In this document: positions 55,223-64,000 of the stretch, piece by piece | Layout of the letters: each line of letters begins with the position of its first letter | Position numbering within the stretch: position 1 is the first letter of the stretch | From: an uncultured Gemmatimonadales bacterium | Lineage (GTDB): Bacteria; Gemmatimonadota; Gemmatimonadetes; Gemmatimonadales; JACORV01 | Reading direction: 5' to 3' | NCBI GenBank assembly: GCA_963812035.1 | Contig: CAWETG010000001.1 | Coordinates: forward strand, 915,594 to 979,593 | Length of the DNA: 64,000 bases | Translations under genes and position numbers: made by a program | Notes under the pieces: generated by a model | Told to the model about the DNA's origin: nothing | Database searches by the model: none | What the model saw: the letters and a program-made list of their open reading frames with translations, nothing else

Positions 55223-58200
55223 CTAGGGTGTCCGCACCAGTCTGCCTGCCGCCGGCTCGCCCCGGAGCCGGCTGATCATCTCCGCGTAGCGATCCACCTG
55301 CGCCTGGTACGCCACGGCGCGGCTCACCCAAGTGGCCTCATCCACCTCGTCCGACTTCCAGTCCAGCACGTGCCACGCGGCACCATCGAACACCGCAGCG
55401 TCTATCACGCCCTCGGTCAGACGCTCCACGCCATCGGCGTCCCTCTCGCTGACGGCAACCGTCCACTCAAACCGCCGCCGCGCCGCCGAGCCTGGCAGGC
55501 CGCCCGGGCTCGACGCCCACACTCGCTGGGCCACCGCGACCAACTCGTCCGCGACCGGCCCAGCCTCGGCCGGCGTGGCAGCGAGACCCTCGCTCACCGC
55601 GACCGCAACGGCGAAGACGCGGAGGTTCTCTCCCGTCCTTCCCCGCTCCACGCCCTCGATGGCCCGGTGCACCGCACTCCCCCACCGCAGGCCTCGTCCA
55701 CTGACCTGGGACTCCGGCCGGATCATCGCCCAATCGCCGTCCTCCGCTCGCCGTTCCGCAAGCTCGGCCTTCGCACTCCGCGTCACGCTGGTGCTCGTCA
55801 TCGTCTTGCGGCCAGCAAGCGCGCAAGCGGCAGCGACCTGTTCGGTGCGCCCGAGAAGCTCCTCGGCCGAGCGCGCCAGCTGCCGACGCCCGGGGGGCGC
55901 GTCCACGCGGAGCGCGAAGGCAGCCCCTTTCTCCTGCAACGAGGCTTCGAATGGCGCCCAATACCCTCCGCCAACACGCACCTCACCGCTCGCGTACGTC
56001 TTTTCCAGTCGTGCGACAATCAACTCGCGCCGTGCACGGGTCGCTGCCACGTAGCGCAACCGCTCTTCCTCCGCCGCCCGAAACCGCGCCTCGGTCGCCT
56101 CCATCTCGTCCCAACCGGCCGGTTGGGCAATCACCTCTTTCCCGTCCAGGATCCGCAGACCCGACCGCGTGCCCTCCGCGCCGCTGCGGGCCACGTGCTC
56201 GTTGAGCTGGTGCTCCTTGTCCTCGGTCGGCGCCGCGAGGACCACGATGTCCGCCTCGAGGCCCTTCGCCTTGTGGAGGTTCATCACCCGCACGGCGTCT
56301 CGTCGCTCGGGCCTCAGCTGCGCGCCGCCTTCCGACACGGCGAGGGATTCCTCCACCGCCTCAACGAGCCCGGCGAGACCGCTCGCCGACCCGGCCATCT
56401 CGCGCAGCGCCGCGACGAGCCTCATCAGCGCTCCAGCCCGCGCCTCACCGAGCTCGCTCGCGGCGGCGTGCGCGAGCAGCCCTGTCTCGTCCAGCAGCCG
56501 CTCGACCGCCTCCTCAAGCGGCCACGCCTGCGAGCGCAGCCACCACCCGTGCATCCGCGCCAGCGCCCGACCCGCGGCGGAGTCCGCCGTGGCGGGGGGC
56601 TGGGAGAGGGTGAAGCGCAGTCCCGCGTCCCGCGCCGCGAGCAAGTCGAGTGGGCTCAGGCCGAAGCACCAGCCTTCGAGCGCCGCGGTCACCAGCACCG
56701 CGTTATCGGGGTCCGCCAGCGAACGGAGGATGACGAGCAGCTCCGCCAGCTCGTCCCGCTCCTCGAACCTGCCCCCCGAGAGACTGACAGGGACGTTGCG
56801 CTCCCCCAACTCGCGAGCCACCTCCGTGGTGTCGGCCCTACGGTACGTCAGGATCAGGAAGCTCTCGGGCGCCTCGCCCGCACGCACGCGACGTGCGATC
56901 CACGACGCGAGCTGCCCGGCGTCAGCAGCTAGCACCCTGTCCCGCCCCGACGCCTTCGCCTCCGCTCCGACCGTGTAGTGAAGCACACTGCCCTTCGCGT
57001 CGGCCGCCGGTCCCCAGGGCTGCATGGGGGCGAACGCTGCCTGCTCATCCGAATCCTGGGCCGGGAGGGTTGTCCGGAAGTGGGCTTCGACGAAGCGCGC
57101 GATCTGGGGTGCGCAACGGAAACACGCCGTGAGCTGGAGGACCTCGCCGCACTCCCGGAACCGTTCTTTCACCAGCTTGTAGGTGTCGAAGCTGGCGCGC
57201 CGGAAGCGGTAGATACTCTGCTTCGGGTCGCCGACCACAAAGAGCGCCCCGTCGCGCAGCCTGACGGTGCGCCAGTCGTTGCCCGACTCGGGATCCGACG
57301 CGAGGAGGAAGCAGACTTCCGCCTGGATTGGGTCGGTGTCCTGGAACTCGTCCACCAGCACGTGCGCGTACCGCCGACCGAGGTCGCGCCGGGCCTCGGG
57401 GTCTCCCCGCAGCAGGTCGCGGGCGCGGAGCAGAAGGTCCTCGAAGCCGAGCTGCCCCGTGACGAGACGCTCCTGCTCGAACGCCTCTTGGGCGGCATCA
57501 AGGAAGCGCATCACAGCCGGGTACCGGTACTCTCGCCACGCCACGAGTAGCGAACCACCCGGTCCATCCACGAACGCCTGGAAATCTTCGCCTAGCTGCT
57601 TCACGGCCTTCTTCGTCTTGGCGTCGTCGCTCCAATCCTTCTGCGTGACCTTGATGTCGGAGCCGCAGAGCTGCGCCAGAGCGCCAAGGAACCCAAGGTC
57701 TTCAGACCAAGTCGCTAGCGATCGCTGGAACCGCAGGCGCCGGCACTTCGACTGCAGCCCGTCCCACCCACCAGGTGGCTCGCTGGCAGGCAGGAGCGCG
57801 AGCGCGCGGCCGAGCAGTCGCTCCAGCGCCGCACGCACCGCGGAGACGTTCGGCTTCGGCGTCTGCTTCGCCGCGAAGTCCACCTCCGGGTACTTGATGC
57901 GCGCCGTGAACCCTTCCCGCAGCGCGGTCGGGAGCACGCCCAGCGCACGCAGCTCAGCGATCATCGGATCGTTGGCGATCAGCTGCTCCTCGACAAACCG
58001 TCGCCAGAAGTCCGCCCGCAGCTGCTCCCATGCCGCGTCGGTGACCTCCTCGAACGACGGGTCGAGGCCGGCGGCGATGGGCCGCTCTCTGAGGAGGCGC
58101 GCGCAGAAGGAGTGGATCGTCCCGAGGAAGGCGCCGTCCAGGGCGGCCAGCGCCCGCTCGCACCTTTCCGTGGCGGCGATCGCGCCCGCATCACCGGCGC

Positions 58201-58501
58201 CCGCCAGCGCACGGGCGGCGCGCGCCCGTGCCTCGAGCGCGACCTGGAACCGCTCACGCAGCTCGGCAGCCGCCTTCCGAGTGAAGGTGACGGCCGCCAG
58301 CGTCTCCGCCGGATCGCCCCGTTCGACGTACGCCATCAGGCGGTCCACCAGCGACGTGGTCTTGCCCGAGCCAGCGCCCGCTTCGACCAGGATGTTGGCG
58401 TCGAGTGCCGTGCGGATGCGGTTGCGGGCCGCCTGATCGGGAGGCGGCGCGGCGTCAGGCTCGCGCCCGTCCGAAGACCGGGTCGCCGCGCTGTCGCTCA
58501 C
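55223..58501 (-). CDS. addA: UvrD/Rep-type helicase fused to a C-terminal PD-(D/E)XK nuclease (AddA/RecB-like)
   Basis: 1092 aa. EAGAGSGKTT Walker A, VDEFQDTDP, C-terminal ..GVIDAAVFDGAAWHVLDWKSD nuclease motif. Confidence 0.85.
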   Translation of the reverse strand: MSDSAATRSSDGREPDAAPPPDQAARNRIRTALDANILVEAGAGSGKTTSLVDRLMAYVERGDPAETLAAVTFTRKAAAELRERFQVALEARARAARALAGAGDAGAIAATERCERALAALDGAFLGTIHSFCARLLRERPIAAGLDPSFEEVTDAAWEQLRADFWRRFVEEQLIANDPMIAELRALGVLPTALREGFTARIKYPEVDFAAKQTPKPNVSAVRAALERLLGRALALLPASEPPGGWDGLQSKCRRLRFQRSLATWSEDLGFLGALAQLCGSDIKVTQKDWSDDAKTKKAVKQLGEDFQAFVDGPGGSLLVAWREYRYPAVMRFLDAAQEAFEQERLVTGQLGFEDLLLRARDLLRGDPEARRDLGRRYAHVLVDEFQDTDPIQAEVCFLLASDPESGNDWRTVRLRDGALFVVGDPKQSIYRFRRASFDTYKLVKERFRECGEVLQLTACFRCAPQIARFVEAHFRTTLPAQDSDEQAAFAPMQPWGPAADAKGSVLHYTVGAEAKASGRDRVLAADAGQLASWIARRVRAGEAPESFLILTYRRADTTEVARELGERNVPVSLSGGRFEERDELAELLVILRSLADPDNAVLVTAALEGWCFGLSPLDLLAARDAGLRFTLSQPPATADSAAGRALARMHGWWLRSQAWPLEEAVERLLDETGLLAHAAASELGEARAGALMRLVAALREMAGSASGLAGLVEAVEESLAVSEGGAQLRPERRDAVRVMNLHKAKGLEADIVVLAAPTEDKEHQLNEHVARSGAEGTRSGLRILDGKEVIAQPAGWDEMEATEARFRAAEEERLRYVAATRARRELIVARLEKTYASGEVRVGGGYWAPFEASLQEKGAAFALRVDAPPGRRQLARSAEELLGRTEQVAAACALAGRKTMTSTSVTRSAKAELAERRAEDGDWAMIRPESQVSGRGLRWGSAVHRAIEGVERGRTGENLRVFAVAVAVSEGLAATPAEAGPVADELVAVAQRVWASSPGGLPGSAARRRFEWTVAVSERDADGVERLTEGVIDAAVFDGAAWHVLDWKSDEVDEATWVSRAVAYQAQVDRYAEMISRLRGEPAAGRLVRTP

Positions 58502-61500
58502 GAGTTGCCCCCGCCGGGCCTGGGCTCGTTGCGCGCGAGCAGACCACGGTACTCGGCGAGCGATTCAGCGTGCTCTTTCGCCCAGGACGCGGGCGGCGAG
58601 TTTGTGCGGTGGTATAGCGGGTCGTGGGTGACCCGGCAGATGGGGGCGTAGTCGCAAAACGCGCAGTCGCCGCTGTCCGTGGTAGGAATGAACGTCCCGG
58701 TCCGCGGGTGCTCGAGCAGCGAGGCGATCACCGCCGGTCCGTCGCGCAGATCGGCCGGCCCGTACGGCACCGTCCGGTCGGCCGCCGGGAACCAGTACTC
58801 CGACCTCGAGACGGCGGCCCCGAGCAGCGCAGCGGCAGCGTGCGCGTAGAGCGCCGCCTGGAGCACGCGTCCGCCCTTGAGCGGCGCGTCCTTATTCGAA
58901 CGCACATACCTCCCGGCGCTGCCGGTCTTGTAGTCAATGATCCGCAGTGTGCCGTCCGCGAGGCGGTCCACACGGTCCACCGATCCCTGAATCGGAAGGC
59001 GGCTGCCGTCCGGAAGCCGTAGCTCCACCGCCTTCGGCTCCTTCCCGAACCGGTACTCCGCATCGAGCCACGCCGCCGGCAGCTTGATCGCCTGCTCGCG
59101 TTCGAGGTTGAGGAACCCGCGCGCTATCTCATGGATCTCCTGTTCCTCCGTCTGGAAGACGGCCTCGCCCGGCGGCGGCACATCGGCCTTCCAGCGCCGG
59201 ATCTCGTCAGCCGTGATCTCCTCGAGGCGCCGGCCCGCGGCGTCCCCGGTCACTTCCCCTTGCTTATCGCGGAACTCGCGCACGAACCGCTCGAACACGC
59301 GATGGAGGAGGGTCCCCCTCTCCATCGCGTCGAGCCAGCACTCGGGGTCGTACTCCACGTCGTCCGGCGGCCGCAGGCCCAGTCCATACTTGTAGAACCA
59401 GCGTAGCGGACACGCGGCGAGTGCCTGAAGCGACGACGGAGAGATGGGCCGGCCCGCCAGCGCCGGATCGAAGCGGCCAGCCGTCTCCGGCAGAAGGCCG
59501 TAGTGGACCGTCAGCGACTCGCCCTCCAGCGCTTCGCGTGCTTCGAGCCCGCGCGCCAGGTCGGGATACGCGGCGCGCACGGCCTCGCGTCCATCAAGGA
59601 GGACCGATTCGGCCGCCAGCTCGCCGAGCCATACGTCGCGCCCGTCGAGGGCCACGGGGCGGCGCGGCACCGGCGACGCCGGTTCGCCGAGCTGCTTGCG
59701 GAGGTCGTCGTAGCCCGCTTCGCTCGACGCAGGGTCACACCGCAGGGCTTCGAGCAACACCCAGGACGGCCCTGCGGCGCCGGCCTCGGGCGAAGCGGCC
59801 GCGGCATATGACAGGGTGCCGTGGCCGGTGAGCGCTGCGAGGGCGAGGCGAATCGCCGCTCGGCGCTCCGCCGCGCGGTCCGCCGTTGTCGTCAGCGCGT
59901 CGTGGCCGAGCAACGCGTTGAGGCGGCTTCGGTCCGCATCTGTGAGGATCGGGTCCTGAAGGCGCGACCCGGCGACACGATCCGCGTCGAGCCCCACGAA
60001 GAAGACGTGCGGCCGGCCGGTCGTGCCGGCGTGCTCGAGGTCGGTGAGGTAGAGCTGTCCGCCCGCGGACGCCCACGGCGACCCTGCTCCCGCCGCCAGT
60101 GGCCAAGCGCGCAGATCGGTCAGCGCCTCGCGCAGGGCGGCCATTGCCGTGGAGAATGGCAGCTGCGGCTCGCCGCCGACTTCCGTGAGCCGGCGCAGGC
60201 GATTCAGGTGACGCTCGCGAGCGCGCGATTCGCCGCCGCCCGCGACCGGCACCATCTCGAGAAAGCCAAGAACGGCCTTCGCCAGCACCGCCGGAGTCGT
60301 CGTCGGCTCCGTGTGGCTACCGCGCTCGGGGATCTGCGGCGGCACGATAGCGAGGAGCCGCTCCAATACTGCGGCGAGCGCCTTCGCCTCGGCTTCGGCC
60401 GCGGCGCAGCGTTGGGCGAGCGACTCGTCGTCTTCGTCCTCGTGCCGATCCGACCGCGCAGCGACGTAGGAGCCATCGGTCAACCGTTGGATCGCGTCTC
60501 CGTACCGCTTCCGGCCCCATCCGATGTGCAGCTGGCGCAGAGCCCGCGCGAGGGAGGCGCCGTCGGGAGCGCCCTCCCCAACCGCGCTGACCGCCGCATT
60601 CAGCTCCCCGCACTCCAGCGCTTCGCGGATGAAGTCGGCCGGCAGTCCGTCCTCGAGCCACTCGAGCAGGCGCGCGACCGCCCTTCCCGTCCGCGTCCGT
60701 GCCATCGGCACACCGTTGAGCGATGTCAGCGGGATTTCGTCTCGCAGCGCCAGGCCGTGCAGGGCCACGCCGTAGGTGTCGGGGTCGGTGGTCACGATCT
60801 CCACCTGGTCCCAGGTGAGGCCTGCGACGGCGAGGACGCGGCGCAGCACCTCGCGCACTTCGTCCGCCGCGGTCGCGGCGTGGAAGAGGGAGGGCCTCGC
60901 GCCCGTCGCAAACAGTGGGCTCTCCGCCGCAGGCTCGGAGAGCATGTGCTTCCGGTTCCCGAGGCGCTCGAAAAGGCGGCCCGCCAGCCCCCTTGGTTTG
61001 AGCCCAGGGGCCACGACGATGAGGCCGTCGAATACGAAGGGGGCTTCGGCGTCGAAGGAGCCGAGCGCGACCTCGAAGAGGCCCGCCGGGTCCACGAGGC
61101 CGGCGGCACCGAGGAGCGCAGCGAACCGATCCATCACGACTGGGAGCTGCCCGGCCGGCGACTCACGGTCCGTGACGCGGTGCACCATTTCGGAAGTGGC
61201 GCCTGCCACGCGTAGCGCGAGGATCGAGTCCCTCACGGCCGCACGAATGCCCAGCTTCGCCCCGTGGACGGCGAAGGCTGGCCGCAGCTTGCCTTCTGCC
61301 AGGCACTCGTCGAGCGCGCGATTGAAGAGCGATGTGATGTCCACGTCGTCGGCCGGCCGGCGGCCCGCCGCGGCGAGAGGCACGAAGGCGAGTTCCTCGG
61401 AGATCGAGCGCAGTGTGGCTGGCTCCCAGCCCAGCCAGCCGCCGGTGCGGCGCGCCAGCGCGCGGAGCAACTCCCGCCCGTAGTTCAGGTCCGGGCCAAG

Positions 61501-61566
61501 GAGCAGTTTACGCTCGAGCGGGTGCAGCCGGTCGATCTCCTGCAACTGCGTGAGAACCGCCTTCAC
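58498..61566 (-). CDS. addB: AddB-like PD-(D/E)XK nuclease subunit with a C-terminal Fe-S cysteine cluster
   Basis: Track ORF 58498..61767; the N-terminus is Arg/Gly shadow, so GTG 61566 (VKAVLTQLQEID) is proposed. ..RIIDYKTGS.., CPLRWFYKY.., C-terminal CAFCDYAPIC. GTGA overlap with the addA-like start. Confidence 0.8.
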   Translation of the reverse strand: MKAVLTQLQEIDRLHPLERKLLLGPDLNYGRELLRALARRTGGWLGWEPATLRSISEELAFVPLAAAGRRPADDVDITSLFNRALDECLAEGKLRPAFAVHGAKLGIRAAVRDSILALRVAGATSEMVHRVTDRESPAGQLPVVMDRFAALLGAAGLVDPAGLFEVALGSFDAEAPFVFDGLIVVAPGLKPRGLAGRLFERLGNRKHMLSEPAAESPLFATGARPSLFHAATAADEVREVLRRVLAVAGLTWDQVEIVTTDPDTYGVALHGLALRDEIPLTSLNGVPMARTRTGRAVARLLEWLEDGLPADFIREALECGELNAAVSAVGEGAPDGASLARALRQLHIGWGRKRYGDAIQRLTDGSYVAARSDRHEDEDDESLAQRCAAAEAEAKALAAVLERLLAIVPPQIPERGSHTEPTTTPAVLAKAVLGFLEMVPVAGGGESRARERHLNRLRRLTEVGGEPQLPFSTAMAALREALTDLRAWPLAAGAGSPWASAGGQLYLTDLEHAGTTGRPHVFFVGLDADRVAGSRLQDPILTDADRSRLNALLGHDALTTTADRAAERRAAIRLALAALTGHGTLSYAAAASPEAGAAGPSWVLLEALRCDPASSEAGYDDLRKQLGEPASPVPRRPVALDGRDVWLGELAAESVLLDGREAVRAAYPDLARGLEAREALEGESLTVHYGLLPETAGRFDPALAGRPISPSSLQALAACPLRWFYKYGLGLRPPDDVEYDPECWLDAMERGTLLHRVFERFVREFRDKQGEVTGDAAGRRLEEITADEIRRWKADVPPPGEAVFQTEEQEIHEIARGFLNLEREQAIKLPAAWLDAEYRFGKEPKAVELRLPDGSRLPIQGSVDRVDRLADGTLRIIDYKTGSAGRYVRSNKDAPLKGGRVLQAALYAHAAAALLGAAVSRSEYWFPAADRTVPYGPADLRDGPAVIASLLEHPRTGTFIPTTDSGDCAFCDYAPICRVTHDPLYHRTNSPPASWAKEHAESLAEYRGLLARNEPRPGGGNS

Positions 61567-62008
61567 CGAGCCGCCGCGGTGCAGAGTCGGTCCGGCCGCA
61601 CGCGGATGCCCGCGCGCGGGAGGTCCGGCCGGTCGGCGTCCCAGCACGTCTGCACCGTCACCTCCGTCGCAGCTCCCCCAGCCGCGCCAACCGCATCTGA
61701 AGCCACTCCTCTCCGAGGTGGCAAGCCACCGGCGTTGTCCCGCCGCCCAGCCGAGACGCAGCCGCAATTCTAGCCCATGGCCGTCACACGACCGTCAGCC
61801 CGGCTTCCGATAGTCTATGGGCGGGGTGCGACACCCAGAGGCCCAAGGCGCCTGCGTTGCCGCCGTGCCGTTCAAATTCGCATGGGAGGTGAGCCGACGG
61901 CCAGCTGCAGGCTGCGATGGAGGGGAGGCGCACTTCGCCCGTCGAGGGCCAACCTAGAATGCGAGTGTAACGGTCTGGCCGGTCGTCAACGCCCTTCCGA
62001 GCGCGCGC

Positions 62009-62938
62009 CTAGGGCCGGAACTCCTTCGGCACCAATAGCGCCTCGATGCCCTCGTAGACGGCGATGAGGTGCCGCACGTTCGAGACGAAGTCGATCTTCG
62101 AGACGTCGATGACCAGCACGGGGCCCTGGTACCAGCCGGTCTCCCGCAGGTTCGCGACCAGCGCGTCGTAGCGGGGGTTCAAGGCCCGCACCAGCCGCGA
62201 CAACCCCTCCGGAATCTCGGCCGCGTGGGTTTGCTCCTCGTCGCGCTGCCGCTCCCGGATGTTGCGCAGCAGGTACTCGACCGGGCTCTTGAGGAGCACC
62301 ACCAGCCCCGGCCGCACCAGGCTCCGGAACTCACCGTCCAGCCGCGCGTCGATCACCCGCAATGACTCCGCCGTGAGGTACGGCACGTCCATGTCGCGGT
62401 GCAGCACCTCGCAGAACGCGTACCGGTCCGCCAGCGGCGAGCCGTCGATGCAGGTCGAAGACTGGAGATGCGGCACGGCCTCGAGCTGCATCTTCCGGAG
62501 GTCGAGATACGCGTGCTGGATGTCGAGCGCGGCGAGCTCCAGGTTCCGCTTCGCCGCGTCCCAGGCCGGGCTGCCCGCCTTCTCCCGCCCCTGGCAGGCG
62601 ATGAACTCGTTGATCGCACCGTAGTAGCGGCCCAGCGTCCGCTTGGCGGAGTTCTTCGCCGTCGCCAGCAGCGGAAAGAGCGACGGGTTCTGCGCGACGT
62701 GGTCCTCGAACCCGTCGTCCGGCAGCTCGAACAGCGCGTTCATCCCGGTGCTGTAGGCGAGGAGCTTCACCAGCGAGCTCTTCCCCGCCCCGATGTTGCC
62801 CACGCACGCCACGAGGGTCTGGTTCTTCGCGAGATAGGTGAGGAGCCGCCGCTCGACGTTGGTGAGCCGGCTCGCGATCTGGTGCCGCCGGATCGACTCG
62901 TCCTCCCGCACTTCCAGGATGGCGGGGCGGTCGGTCAC
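62009..62938 (-). CDS. deoxynucleoside kinase-like P-loop protein (paralog B, N-terminal extension)
   Basis: 309 aa. VGNIGAGKSSL P-loop, DGSPLADRYAF, lid LLRNIRERQRDEE. Confidence 0.7.
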   Translation of the reverse strand: MTDRPAILEVREDESIRRHQIASRLTNVERRLLTYLAKNQTLVACVGNIGAGKSSLVKLLAYSTGMNALFELPDDGFEDHVAQNPSLFPLLATAKNSAKRTLGRYYGAINEFIACQGREKAGSPAWDAAKRNLELAALDIQHAYLDLRKMQLEAVPHLQSSTCIDGSPLADRYAFCEVLHRDMDVPYLTAESLRVIDARLDGEFRSLVRPGLVVLLKSPVEYLLRNIRERQRDEEQTHAAEIPEGLSRLVRALNPRYDALVANLRETGWYQGPVLVIDVSKIDFVSNVRHLIAVYEGIEALLVPKEFRP

Positions 62939-63708
62939 GTGTGCTGCTTCCTCGCGGCCACCATGCGGCGCACGTTCTCACGGATGGTCCCGGCCGCGAC
63001 GTGCACGTAGTCGGGGTGCTCGTACATGTCGATCTCGGCCGGGAGGATCACGATGTCCGAATCCGGCGGCACGATCGCCAGCTCCTGGTACTTGCGCAGC
63101 TTGCCCCGCCAGTTGACCACGAGGTTCTCGTAGCAGGCGTGGATCTCGCGCAGGTACTCCCGCGAGATCGTCCGGGCGTACGAATCGCCCTCCTCGGCCC
63201 GCTTCACCCTCCGCTTCTCGAGCACCTCGGGCTCGACCCGCAGGTACACCGCGAGGTCGGGCAGACGGATCCGCTCGTTCTCCAACGTCTGATAGAAGAG
63301 CGTGTGGTAGAGCCGGGCGTGCGCCGGCGGCATTTCGCCCGAGTCCATCATCCGCTGCACGAACACCTCCGGCCCGTCGAGGAACGGCCGGTCCTCGAGG
63401 ATCAGCACGGGCCGCTTGCTCTCGCGCGTCATCAGGTGGCGGATCTCGCGCTGCTGCAGCGTGCGCATCTGGAGGAACGCGGTCTCGGTGGGGAAGATGT
63501 TCGCGACCCGGTCCTTGTAGAACAGGGCCAGGCACTCGTCGGTGAGCGAGCCCTTCTCCACCCGCTCGGAGAACGCATGCGTCTCCGCGCCGTCGAGCAG
63601 GGCCTCGAGCTCGGAGCGGTACGGCTCGCCGGCGAGGGCGTTCATCAGCGTCGTCTTGCCGGAGAAGAGGTTGCCCATGATGCCGATGTGAAAATTGCCC
63701 GAAGCCAT
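62935..63708 (-). CDS. deoxynucleoside kinase-like P-loop protein (paralog A)
   Basis: From ATG 63708 (GGGAGAA upstream) of track ORF 62935..63990. IMGNLFSGKTTL P-loop, ILEDRPFLDG, lid LEKRRVKRAEE. GTGA overlap with paralog B. Confidence 0.7.
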   Translation of the reverse strand: MASGNFHIGIMGNLFSGKTTLMNALAGEPYRSELEALLDGAETHAFSERVEKGSLTDECLALFYKDRVANIFPTETAFLQMRTLQQREIRHLMTRESKRPVLILEDRPFLDGPEVFVQRMMDSGEMPPAHARLYHTLFYQTLENERIRLPDLAVYLRVEPEVLEKRRVKRAEEGDSYARTISREYLREIHACYENLVVNWRGKLRKYQELAIVPPDSDIVILPAEIDMYEHPDYVHVAAGTIRENVRRMVAARKQHT

Positions 63709-63933
63709 CGCAGCGTTCTCCCGGAGGATTTCGATTGGCCGCTGGCCGAGTATACCGACCGCGCCCGCGCTCTGCCAGACGTCCACGCCTGACGTGCGCG
63801 ACCCTCGACGCGCCGCGCCTCCAACCGTAGGTTCTCGGTCGCGCCACGCTGGTCGAGACCCAACCTTTGGGCCGCCCACATTGTCAAAGCCGGTTAGCCG
63901 CACCCTCTCAGCGACCGCCTGCCGGAGACCGTC

Positions 63934-64000
63934 ATGAAACTCGCCGTCGCCTGCGCCGTGCTCCTCGCCGTCGTCCCCATGACCGCCCAAGCCCCGGCCC
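63934..64000 (+). CDS. start of a secreted protein (signal peptide only; continues beyond the window)
   Basis: GGAGA 5 nt upstream of the ATG. MKLAVACAVLLAVVPMTAQAPA. Confidence 0.4.
   Translation, partial: MKLAVACAVLLAVVPMTAQAPA

Overview
High-GC (roughly 68-70% by eye), densely coding bacterial chromosome. Many adjacent genes share 4-nt ATGA/GTGA stop-start overlaps. No rRNA and no CRISPR array. Many long ORFs on the track have Arg/Gly/Pro-rich translations; I treat these as off-frame or antisense shadows and do not call them. Layout: (1) 1-6.5 kb, minus-strand lysine/DAP operon (aspartokinase fused to an M20 DapE-like peptidase, dapB, dapA, dapD, asd), a small membrane ORF and a threonine-dehydratase-family gene. 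(2) 6.6-20.6 kb, gyrA plus envelope and metabolic genes. (3) 20.6-21.8 kb, selD encoded as a selenoprotein; the ORF track loses its N-terminus at the in-frame UGA. (4) rnhA with an IS481-family IS inserted at its stop codon. (5) 24.7-35.1 kb, metabolic and membrane genes (IPMDH family, thiolase, SPFH, 3-hydroxyacyl-CoA dehydrogenase, FAD-linked oxidase, thyX). (6) 35.2-36.3 kb, an AbiEii-type nucleotidyltransferase two-gene module. (7) EF-G paralog, SDR, PEP-mutase family, esterase. (8) 41.4-54.9 kb, a 13.4-kb integrative element in tRNA-Cys(GCA), bounded by a perfect 39-bp direct repeat. It carries an integrase, xis-like HTH, TerS-like gene, P4-type primase, SWIM protein, tail chaperone and tape-measure remnants, a cI/cro-like switch, a stand-alone FtsH-type protease-domain gene and attR-proximal cargo. 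Several of its genes are broken by frameshifts. (9) 55.2-63.7 kb, an AddB/AddA-like helicase-nuclease pair preceded by two tandem deoxynucleoside-kinase-like genes. The best candidates for an undescribed system are the element's accessory genes: the PD-(D/E)XK-like cargo at attR and the HTH/HTH/M41-protease operon. The AbiEii module and the dNK-like pair beside AddAB are further candidates. I cannot assign function to any of them from sequence alone. Short-period tandem repeats (8-nt, 7-nt, 24-nt) and a 27-nt dispersed inverted-repeat element are also present.
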